NCBI GenBank assembly: GCA_042564455.1
Contig: JBHPLC010000002.1
Location: 25,017-89,016 of the forward strand
Direction of reading: 5' to 3'
Origin: Candidatus Zhuqueibacterota bacterium
GTDB taxonomy: Bacteria; SM23-31
Length of the DNA: 64,000 nt
The notes under the pieces were generated by a model. That model was not told the origin of the DNA. It saw only the letters and a program-made list of their open reading frames with translations, and did no database searches. Shown here piece by piece: positions 58,001 through 64,000 of this stretch; positions within the stretch are counted from its first letter, which is position 1; each line of letters begins with the position of its first letter. The position numbers were made by a program, and so were the translations under genes.

Positions 58001-60071
58001 TGAAATTGTTATTATAAATTTTTGTTGTTGTTAAGTTGGCAAGACTTGATAGATCAGGTAGAGAATCGAATCTATTATCTTGAACTTCAAAAATTATTAA
58101 ATCAGACATATTAGCAAAGCCAACTGGAACACTACCATTTAAACCAGTATTATTCAGAAAAAGGAACTTCATATTAATCAAATTACCAATTTCTTGAGGA
58201 ATTTGACCTATGAAACTATTGTTATTCAGATATAAAATCTGGATATTAATCAAATTACCAATTTCTTTTGGGATAGTGCCCGTAAACTGGTTTGAAAACA
58301 AATACAAATTAGTTAAACTTGTCATGTTACCTATTTCAGGTGGGATTTGACCAGTTAGACTATTACTATTGAGGTTAAATGTTGTTAAATTAGTGAGATT
58401 ATATAATTCCGGAGGAATTGAACCACTAAGGTCATTGCCGTTAAGCCAAAGTTCTTTCAATTTTACAAGGCTGGCTAGTTCTATGGGTATAGTGCCCGAT
58501 AAATTATTTAGGTTTAGATATAATGTCTGTAAACTGTCTAAAGTACCTAACTCGGGTGGAATTGAGCCAGTTACTCCAGTACTTTGAATCCACAAATTTG
58601 TCAAATTTGTTAAACTACCTAGCTCGGGTGGAATTGAGCCAGTTAGACTAATATCACTAAGTGATAGACTTTGTAATTTCGTAAGATTACCTAACTCTAG
58701 TGGAATAGAACCCGTTAGACTATTATAACTAAGATCTAAACTGACCAAATTAGTTAAAGTACCTAATTCTGGTGGAATTGAGCCTGATAAACTATTATGA
58801 TCTAGACCTAAATAGGTCAAATTTGTTAAAGTACTTATTTCTGGTGGAATTGAGCCGATAAGATTATTGCCACCTAAATATAAGGTTTCCAATGCTGTAA
58901 GGTTGCCAATCTCCGAAGGCATGGTACCCGTTAGATTAATAGATGAAAGAAATAACATAGTTACTCTTCCAGAAGTTACAGTTACTCCAGACCAGTCTGC
59001 TACTGAATTCCCTGCAAGCCAATTTGTTTTATCTGTCCAGTTCGCGCCATCAGTTGAATTATACAAAGCAACGAGAGCAAGTGAATCAGTTTTGACACCT
59101 GTTGACCATGTTTTAACAGCACCGTAACCACCGGCTGTAGTTATCTGCTCCTCATTACTAGTGCTAACTTCTCGTGCCCAAATATTTCCACCACGGCTAA
59201 AAACAATAAAACTATCATCCGGAGACCATATACCATTAGTGGAACCGTTATCTGTTGTTAATTGTGCAACGTTTGTAGTATTTAAGTCATACGTGAATAA
59301 GTTTAGTGATGACGATGAGCCAAAGGTAAACAGTACTTTTGATTTATCGTTAGAGACAGTTGGATAATTTTCATAAAGTGTACCTGCAGTGGAACTCCAA
59401 AGCGTCTCAGATTGCGAACCATCTGTCTTCACTTTAAAAAGTGAACAGTCATAGGATGTTCTGTTGCTTCGTGCTGTAATTGCCCAATCGGAATCTATAA
59501 AGCTTCCTGAAGCATAATCGTAGGAACTTGATACTGGGTTTGGATTGAACAACGAATAGGTCAAGGTGTTAGTATTTAACATCCAAGCAGAACCGCCAGA
59601 ACCCCAGGGTTCAAAAGCGGTTACAAGTAAAGAGTCTCCATGCCAGGCTGTAGGCAAGCTTAGGTCGAGAGAGGTAGGCACCATAGCCGCATCAGTTCCA
59701 TCTGCGTCCATTATCCACACTTGATATCTAGAGGAAGTCGCGTTGGACATGAAAGCTATTTTTGTTCCATCTGGAGATAATACTGGATATCCAACTCCAC
59801 CGGAGGAAGGTGTATAGATTGTACTCTCATTGCGAGATGCCAAATCCATCTTTACAATACTTCCAGCCTTGACAAAATAGATATCACCAACTAGACTAAA
59901 TTGCCCATAGGTATTATTAGAAAGAAATAAAACTAACAGCAATATTACTATTCTTAATTTCACATTAACCTCAAGAATTGTATTATATTGTTTTATAATG
60001 AGTAGAAACAGTAAGTCATTTATTATCGGCATGAATATCAGTATCTTTAATGATTCCCATTGAAAATTCAA
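55068..60071 (-). CDS. Giant secreted surface protein 2: PD40/TolB-like propeller, plant-type LRR array, I-set Ig, cadherin-like/putative Ig domains, ZU5-like domain (HFS), T9SS-type C-terminal sorting domain
   Basis: 1667 aa as listed; the probable true start is GTG at 59963 (VKLRIVILLLVLFLSNNTYGQ signal peptide). About 12-13 24-residue LRRs (L..L..L.L..N.L(S/T)GSIPPELG.L). QYQWIKNGSNISGATSSTLTIDSLQSSDAGVYICKATN is I-set-like. The C-terminal ~590 aa are colinear with giant protein 1. Confidence 0.85.
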   Translation of the reverse strand: MNFQWESLKILIFMPIINDLLFLLIIKQYNTILEVNVKLRIVILLLVLFLSNNTYGQFSLVGDIYFVKAGSIVKMDLASRNESTIYTPSSGGVGYPVLSPDGTKIAFMSNATSSRYQVWIMDADGTDAAMVPTSLDLSLPTAWHGDSLLVTAFEPWGSGGSAWMLNTNTLTYSLFNPNPVSSSYDYASGSFIDSDWAITARSNRTSYDCSLFKVKTDGSQSETLWSSTAGTLYENYPTVSNDKSKVLFTFGSSSSLNLFTYDLNTTNVAQLTTDNGSTNGIWSPDDSFIVFSRGGNIWAREVSTSNEEQITTAGGYGAVKTWSTGVKTDSLALVALYNSTDGANWTDKTNWLAGNSVADWSGVTVTSGRVTMLFLSSINLTGTMPSEIGNLTALETLYLGGNNLIGSIPPEISTLTNLTYLGLDHNSLSGSIPPELGTLTNLVSLDLSYNSLTGSIPLELGNLTKLQSLSLSDISLTGSIPPELGSLTNLTNLWIQSTGVTGSIPPELGTLDSLQTLYLNLNNLSGTIPIELASLVKLKELWLNGNDLSGSIPPELYNLTNLTTFNLNSNSLTGQIPPEIGNMTSLTNLYLFSNQFTGTIPKEIGNLINIQILYLNNNSFIGQIPQEIGNLINMKFLFLNNTGLNGSVPVGFANMSDLIIFEVQDNRFDSLPDLSSLANLTTTKIYNNNFTFEDIEPNVGITGINYSPQDSIGAAKDTSVTIGTNLSLTVSAGGAATQYQWIKNGSNISGATSSTLTIDSLQSSDAGVYICKATNTMATDLTLYTRPVTLSINNHPVIVNIQDQTVNEGDTLNLTVSATDVESDSLFFSISGSKPDGLTLDSTTGDLNWTPSFLQSGDYSLIIKANDIFGGEDADTLDITVLHVNQPPEIDPISDITAGVGEAIITVVTASDIDGDLFKFSLTDGPLEMSIDSLTGEINWKPNISQMDTHRVVVCAEDTLGAASESSFKIFVLEYYATLELNPIGDKNYTEGEKISFDVTSNYDGILSRSYSKSSENLPQSAGASFKSNNDKTLATFKWNTHIGSAGVYQVTFTVKDGYYSDSETITITVVKADFIKGLAASNTKSFKKETGGTISVDTTGFYKKHKVEIPPNALPEDKIIIVQPPNLDDIPLEELENCPSAIDFVVQGSENGFTFEDSVEITIEFKDFEVKSDKSNMRVHEWDKTKQMWKRVRGNHIIDWINNTVRTKTTHFSIYGVAEVSIAEEETTLSPGWGMVSLPVTLDVSTDPVSLFSDDIYPFRYEINNSSIYSYDESAGDWIIPSSVNNGTGYILYAFDPSNIDLDGLVETADITHSLTYTNSNGWHLIGNPFGVDIDWDTDVTLDPLTDNVYYRWTGSEYEFYPDGGLTSTISTWQGFWVHTTMDAEELTISYPGLNKKGVSKPTKPDWRMRIIAQSGYVKDSHNYLGVAENANTGFDGHDIYELSPLNDEFISLYFLNNSTNLTQDIRPNSDEISWDFDVATNSSNDLVSLNWEIPEELESDVNVYMKDNTSGEIIDMRSVNIYSFSKPALQKSGEAAPERVEDPTNFTQKVSADDVTSRNFTITLSKDSNKLVPKSYFLNQNYPNPFNPITKIEYGIPESGLTRIVIFNSLGQKVRTLVNTEVQAGYHSIMWDSRDDLGTEVSTGVYFYRITSGNYFNTMKLLLIR
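56417..56807 (-). other. ZU5-like domain with terminal HFS motif (giant protein 2, residues ~1089-1219)
   Basis: GGTISVDTTGFYKKHKVEIPPNAL...CPSAIDFVVQGSENGFTFEDSVEITIEF...MRVHEWD...W..V...VRTKTTHFSIYGV. The H-F-S codons are at 56430-56438. Confidence 0.55.
58005..58945 (-). repeat. Tandem 72-nt coding repeats (24-aa LRR units)
   Basis: Repeated strings such as CTCGGGTGGAATTGAGCCAGTTA (about 58552 and 58624) and GGTGGAATTGAGCC (about 58769 and 58843) recur with 72-nt periodicity. Confidence 0.85.
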
Positions 60072-60211
60072 ATATTTTTTCTTGACGACATAGAAAGATG
60101 ATTAATATACTGCCAATTTTTCATGATTGATTAAATAATAAATATAAACTTGACAGTATCCGACAAAAAAAAGACGGTTTTTTCACCGCCTTTCAATATC
60201 AGGTATTTCAC

Positions 60212-60343
60212 CTAATTATCATCCAATCTAGCACGCCGTCTTTTCAAATCACCAGGTCGTTCCCTTCTCCGTTGTCCCGGTGGAAACAATCGCCATTTAA
60301 TGAGCCAATGGTAAAACTTTTCAATCAATTTGCTTCCAGACAT
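60212..60343 (-). CDS. Possible 43-aa Arg-rich small protein
   Basis: Its ATG overlaps the upstream stop (TAATG), and GGAGG lies 6 nt upstream. MSGSKLIEKFYHWLIKWRLFPPGQRRRERPGDLKRRRARLDDN. Below the ORF-track size cutoff; speculative. Confidence 0.25.
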   Translation of the reverse strand: MSGSKLIEKFYHWLIKWRLFPPGQRRRERPGDLKRRRARLDDN

Positions 60344-60813
60344 TATTTACCTCCGTTATTACCGTTTTTAACAAGTTTCATTTTTGAATTTCCGTTATCT
60401 GTATTCAGCTTCGACCACGCAAAACAGGCGTAGTGCGCCACTTTTTCTAGATCGTGCTCCTTATTACTCCCTGTGTGTAGCCTGATTGCATACTTAAGAA
60501 TGTTCCAGAGGCATGTCTCTATATCTGTCATCGTCATCAAATCAACTCCGTCATCCATCCCATACTTCTGCACCGTTCGCTCTTGAATATACTTTTCCAT
60601 GTGTTTAGAGAACTTCCGCCATTCTTCAACTCTGTCAATTGGTTCCTTGCCGTTGGTGTGACCATTATCCGGTTCAAAGTCTTCTCTCTCTATAACCGTT
60701 AAAGGGATGGCTTCCCAGTTCTCGGCATCAGGTTTCGTATCAAACTCTGCCAATAAATCCGCCTTCGCCTCTGTGTTGAGGTTATGATAGTAAATTTCAA
60801 ATTGTCGTGTCAT
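60343..60813 (-). CDS. Phage-associated hypothetical protein (C-terminus resembles the DUF3310 family)
   Basis: 156 aa. NILKYAIRLHTGSNKEHDLEKVAHYACFAW fits the K-Y..R...K....DL.KA.hY pattern seen in DUF3310-type phage proteins. Weak assignment. Confidence 0.4.
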   Translation of the reverse strand: MTRQFEIYYHNLNTEAKADLLAEFDTKPDAENWEAIPLTVIEREDFEPDNGHTNGKEPIDRVEEWRKFSKHMEKYIQERTVQKYGMDDGVDLMTMTDIETCLWNILKYAIRLHTGSNKEHDLEKVAHYACFAWSKLNTDNGNSKMKLVKNGNNGGK

Positions 60814-60828
60814 AAGATATTCCTTTTG

Positions 60829-61776
60829 TTAATTTAACAATGCGAGAATCTGTCCTCCTGTTTTCTGTAAATTGTATTGTGCAGCGGCAGTTAGCCCCTG
60901 AAATTTGGGTGCAGAAGTATATGCGTTTATCACAGAAAACATAGTATTTCCAGGCTCTGTCTCATATCCCCAAGACACTGCTGCTCTTTCATTTTCTGAA
61001 AGTTGAAATTGTCTGTTAAAAGTTTTAATCGTTTCAATCGGATTATCTACAGGCGTATCCAATGCTATCTTAAACTGTTTTTTATGCACGTTTAGATTAT
61101 CCAGGACTCTATTCATTACTTCTGGAAACTCTTCATTGATTTTCTCAGATAGATGCTTGCGCGAATATGATTCCTGTGTTTTATGAATTAGCCCATTTTG
61201 ACAAACAATCCGGTAGGTGTATGATGTTATTTTTATGGAACTGATCCCAGTTTCCGAATTAACAATTGAGGTTCCGGGAATGTACTTATCTTTCTTTATT
61301 TGAAACTGTTTCTCTTGATCGGGAATATTGATGGCCATGAGATTGTCATCAAACATAAATTCAACTGGTGCATCATTTTTGAGTCCATATTTTTCCAATA
61401 ACTCGATAATCTGAGTATTATTATATGGAACATATTTCTCAGTAAATATACTTCTGACGGAATCACCTTTGAACCGGAACAGTAAAGATTCATTGGTAAC
61501 ACTCTGCAGCCAATATTCCAGATTCTCTTTCTGGAGTTCCTCAGGACACCGTGAAATGTAATTGTGTGGAACGTTGCACCTATACGCCATAGATTTTTGA
61601 GCCATGGTCTTCATTGGATGAGTCTCTGATCCAATCTTAATTGAGTCAATGGAATTGAACGACAGGCTCCTTACAGGTATGACTTCATCTCGGCAATCTT
61701 TAGCATAATCTCTGACTTGTTCAGCGACTTTTCCTAATTTTGTTAGTTTTTTCATGTAATTTTCTCCTTTTGACAT
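60829..61776 (-). CDS. DUF932/DUF945-family phage/plasmid-like protein
   Basis: 315 aa. Overall pattern (HPMKTMAQKSMAYRCNVPHNYISRCPEELQKENLEYWL ... NSETGISSIKITSYTYRIVCQNGL) matches the family commonly found on ICEs and prophages. Confidence 0.6.
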   Translation of the reverse strand: MSKGENYMKKLTKLGKVAEQVRDYAKDCRDEVIPVRSLSFNSIDSIKIGSETHPMKTMAQKSMAYRCNVPHNYISRCPEELQKENLEYWLQSVTNESLLFRFKGDSVRSIFTEKYVPYNNTQIIELLEKYGLKNDAPVEFMFDDNLMAINIPDQEKQFQIKKDKYIPGTSIVNSETGISSIKITSYTYRIVCQNGLIHKTQESYSRKHLSEKINEEFPEVMNRVLDNLNVHKKQFKIALDTPVDNPIETIKTFNRQFQLSENERAAVSWGYETEPGNTMFSVINAYTSAPKFQGLTAAAQYNLQKTGGQILALLN

Positions 61777-61963
61777 TAATTTTCTGGATTTTCTAATTAT
61801 TTACTGCTGGTAAAATGTTGAATTGTATACAATTATGAGGGCTGACGCTTCCAGAGGAGAGCACTGACTCGTTCAGAAGCAGAAGAGTTTGATTGGAGGC
61901 TGACTCATCCTTTCACATTTATGACCACCTAACCTGAATCAACCTTACCCACCTAACTGACAC

Positions 61964-63802
61964 CTAACTGTCACCGGTGATTTCATCAAGGAAATGACTT
62001 TTCTTCGCTGGCTGGTTAAGATACGTATGTGTCCAACTGAGGTACAGCAAAGTCATTGCGCGGCTGCATCCAACAAAACAAATCCTTCTCTCTTCCTCAA
62101 TATCTCCCTTATTTGAAGGCATGATCCCTTCAACGAGGCCAGGGATCATAACCACTTGAAACTCCAAACCCTTTGCCTTGTGTATTGTCATTAGCTTGAT
62201 TCCGTCAGTGTCGGTAGCTGAAACATCCTTGAATGTGTCAACATACTGTAAGAACAGTTCAATAGAATTGTATTTTGCTCCCGCAAGAGTCAACTGATTG
62301 ATGTTATCTATCTTGGAATCGTCAGGAGTTGGAATATCATCTTCAGAAATAAATGCGTCATAATCCAATACTTCACGTAGAATCTGTAATGTCTCCGCAG
62401 GTTCAAGCTTGCCAACATCTTTGACCAGAGGTTCAATCAGTCTAATGAAATCTTTGACATTCTTCTTCTGATAAGGGAGTGTAATTGGCATGCTCTTTAA
62501 ACCTTCATACAGGTAGATATTCTGTTCGGAGGCATACTGTTCAAGTTCTTTGATAAACTTGCGACCTAAGTATCTTGTGGGTACATTTAGAACATGTAAT
62601 AATGATTCGTCACCCTCATCAGATAAAGGATTGTTAATTACAGTAAGATAGTCCAACAGAATTTTCACTTCCCGCCTTTGATAGAAATTCATTCCATTCT
62701 CAATTACATATGGCATCTGATTCTGCGACAGGTATTCTTCCAAAATTCTGGACTGAAAGTTACATCTATACAGTATGGCTATATCCGAATGCTTAAATCC
62801 CCGCTCCAGAAGTTCTTTTATCTCATTCACAATATTGATCGCTTCTCCTTCTTCTGATGATGATTCAATTATGATTACATCGTCGCCATCTTTATTCTCA
62901 GTGCGGAATTCTTTTTCTGTCCGTTTCTCATTGTGCTGAATAAGGTTCTGGCAGGCTTTCAATATCTGGGGAGTGCTTCTGTAGTTTAAGCTGAGAATGT
63001 ATTGTTTAACATGGGATGACAGGTTTTGAACGTCATACATCAAATCTGGGCGTGTCCCGGTGAATCCGTAAATTGACTGATCAGGATCGCCTACAACAAA
63101 AAGGCTTGAACCGTTGTCAGTATTCCCGGCAATTAATTTCAGTATTTCCATCTGTACAACATTAGCATCCTGAGCCTCATCCTGAGAAATATGAAGGAAT
63201 TTTTTCTGGTAGTATTGTCTTATTTCTGTATTCTCTGAAAGTAATTTATAAGCCTCAAGCAACAGATCGTCAAAATCATATCTCAGTTTCTTCTGTTTGT
63301 CTGATTCATATTCCTCATAAACCTGTGCGATTTTATCATAAGTTTTATCACCTGCATGGAGTATCTTAAATTCTGCGACATTAATAAGGTTGTTCTTAGC
63401 GAGTGAAATTTCTCTGAGAACCAATCCAACTGAAATATTTCTTATCCTTAATCTTTTTAATATGGTCTTAATGAATATTATCTGTTCTTTTCCTGTGAGA
63501 AGCTCAAAGACTCGTCCGGAATGTTTAAGTAGATGCAGACAGAAACTGTGTATTGTCATCAGTTTAACATGTTGCGCCTGTTCCTTAAGTTCTGGTTCAA
63601 GCCTTTCTTTCATTGTATATGCGGCGTTATTGGTAAAAGTGAGTCCAAGTATCTGTGTGGGATCAACGTCATGTTTTTGAACAAGATTACTGATTCGTCC
63701 GATTAACGTCCTTGTCTTTCCTCCTCCTGGTGGAGATTCTACAATAATGATTCCAGTATAAATTTGAGCGGCTTCAGATTGTTCTTCATTCAGTTCTATC
63801 AT
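61964..63802 (-). CDS. UvrD/PcrA-type superfamily 1 DNA helicase
   Basis: 612 aa. Strong RBS (AAAGGAGGT). Walker A SPPGGGKT, motif II DEAQD, motif III VGDPDQSIYGFTG, LNYRSTPQIL, TIHKAKGLEF, CFVGCSRA. Confidence 0.88.
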   Translation of the reverse strand: MIELNEEQSEAAQIYTGIIIVESPPGGGKTRTLIGRISNLVQKHDVDPTQILGLTFTNNAAYTMKERLEPELKEQAQHVKLMTIHSFCLHLLKHSGRVFELLTGKEQIIFIKTILKRLRIRNISVGLVLREISLAKNNLINVAEFKILHAGDKTYDKIAQVYEEYESDKQKKLRYDFDDLLLEAYKLLSENTEIRQYYQKKFLHISQDEAQDANVVQMEILKLIAGNTDNGSSLFVVGDPDQSIYGFTGTRPDLMYDVQNLSSHVKQYILSLNYRSTPQILKACQNLIQHNEKRTEKEFRTENKDGDDVIIIESSSEEGEAINIVNEIKELLERGFKHSDIAILYRCNFQSRILEEYLSQNQMPYVIENGMNFYQRREVKILLDYLTVINNPLSDEGDESLLHVLNVPTRYLGRKFIKELEQYASEQNIYLYEGLKSMPITLPYQKKNVKDFIRLIEPLVKDVGKLEPAETLQILREVLDYDAFISEDDIPTPDDSKIDNINQLTLAGAKYNSIELFLQYVDTFKDVSATDTDGIKLMTIHKAKGLEFQVVMIPGLVEGIMPSNKGDIEEERRICFVGCSRAMTLLYLSWTHTYLNQPAKKSHFLDEITGDS

Positions 63803-63820
63803 ATATATTATACCTCCTTT

Positions 63821-64000
63821 CTAAGCTGCTTCACTTAAGAACCAGTCATTACAGGCATTGGCAAACTGGCAGTAGTTACACTTCCATGAATTGGGATTGG
63901 GAATAAACACTTCTTTACTGATGCCTTCCCATACCGCCTGCACCTGTTTTATTGTTCTTCTGTCATCTTCCTCAGAACGGCTGGTATAATATGACTCAAA
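63821..64000 (-). CDS. PD-(D/E)XK Cas4/RecB-like nuclease, C-terminal fragment (5' end beyond the window)
   Basis: The reverse translation ends ...VWEGISKEVFIPNPNSWKCNYCQFANACNDWFLSEAA-stop. C-x2-C-x5-C is the C-terminal Fe-S cysteine motif of Cas4-like nucleases. Its stop lies 18 nt upstream of the helicase start. Confidence 0.6.
   Translation of the reverse strand, partial: FESYYTSRSEEDDRRTIKQVQAVWEGISKEVFIPNPNSWKCNYCQFANACNDWFLSEAA

Larger units (their letters stand above)
45292..64000. mobile_element. Putative integrated element (integrative island or prophage-like) inserted at the tRNA-Asn 3' end; right boundary beyond the window
   Basis: tRNA-adjacent large serine recombinase, XRE regulator, DUF932-like protein, DUF3310-like protein, UvrD helicase and Cas4-like nuclease. 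No attR or second copy of the tRNA 3' end was seen within the window. Confidence 0.55.

Noticed and set aside
58005-58945. Regularly spaced repeats that could superficially suggest a CRISPR-like or satellite array
   Set aside because: The period is 72 nt with no unique spacers, it lies inside a long intact ORF, and it translates to canonical 24-aa LRR units. These are coding repeats.
49175-60071. Diversity-generating retroelement or other hypervariation system acting on the giant proteins
   Set aside because: There is no reverse transcriptase gene and no template/variable repeat pair. The similarity between the two giants is ordinary paralogy of the C-terminal region.
45300-64000. Second copy of the tRNA-Asn 3' end (attR) or phage structural genes inside the window
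   Set aside because: I found no repeat of GGTTCGAGTCCTACCCGAGGA and no capsid, tail or terminase-like ORFs. The element type and right boundary therefore remain open.

Overview
AT-rich bacterial chromosomal window. All calls come from reading the supplied ORF translations and the DNA by eye; no searches were run.

Positions 1 to about 45.2 kb look like core genome:
- the 3' part of selB, followed by tRNA-Sec (selC)
- a PadR/FtsX-permease pair
- two paralogous M28/PA-domain peptidases bracketing an 11-gene nuoA-N operon (no nuoEFG), which is followed by a 7Fe-type ferredoxin
- a cupin protein, an alpha/beta hydrolase, a Zn-ADH and an acyl-CoA dehydrogenase
- tandem BNR/Ycf48-like propeller genes, one interrupted by an in-frame TGA
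- moaA, dxs, a PHP phosphoesterase, pepA, queG and proline dehydrogenase
- a TolB-like lipoprotein and an MBL hydrolase
- a multi-PAS hybrid histidine kinase split by an in-frame TAG
- nfo, a Cys/Met PLP enzyme and an alkaline phosphatase

From tRNA-Asn (45251-45326) to the window end the content looks like an integrated element:
- a large serine recombinase whose ORF ends inside the tRNA
- an XRE regulator
- a DUF932-like protein, a UvrD-type helicase and a Cas4-like nuclease fragment

The most unusual content sits inside that element. It is a tandemly duplicated two-gene module. Each copy encodes a giant secreted protein (1783 and 1667 aa) followed 13-17 nt later by a conserved 64-aa Pro/Gly-rich membrane peptide. 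The giant proteins have different N-terminal propeller/LRR/Ig regions. They share a C-terminal region containing a ZU5-like domain that ends in a conserved HFS (autoproteolysis-type) motif, plus a T9SS-type C-terminal sorting domain.

Other points of interest:
- repeated terminator-like elements bracket small cassettes downstream of tRNA-Sec
- the alpha/beta hydrolase has Gly at the nucleophile position
- there are iteron-like repeats in the element

The T9SS-type sorting domains and the 11-subunit nuo operon suggest an FCB-superphylum-like organism. This is inference only.
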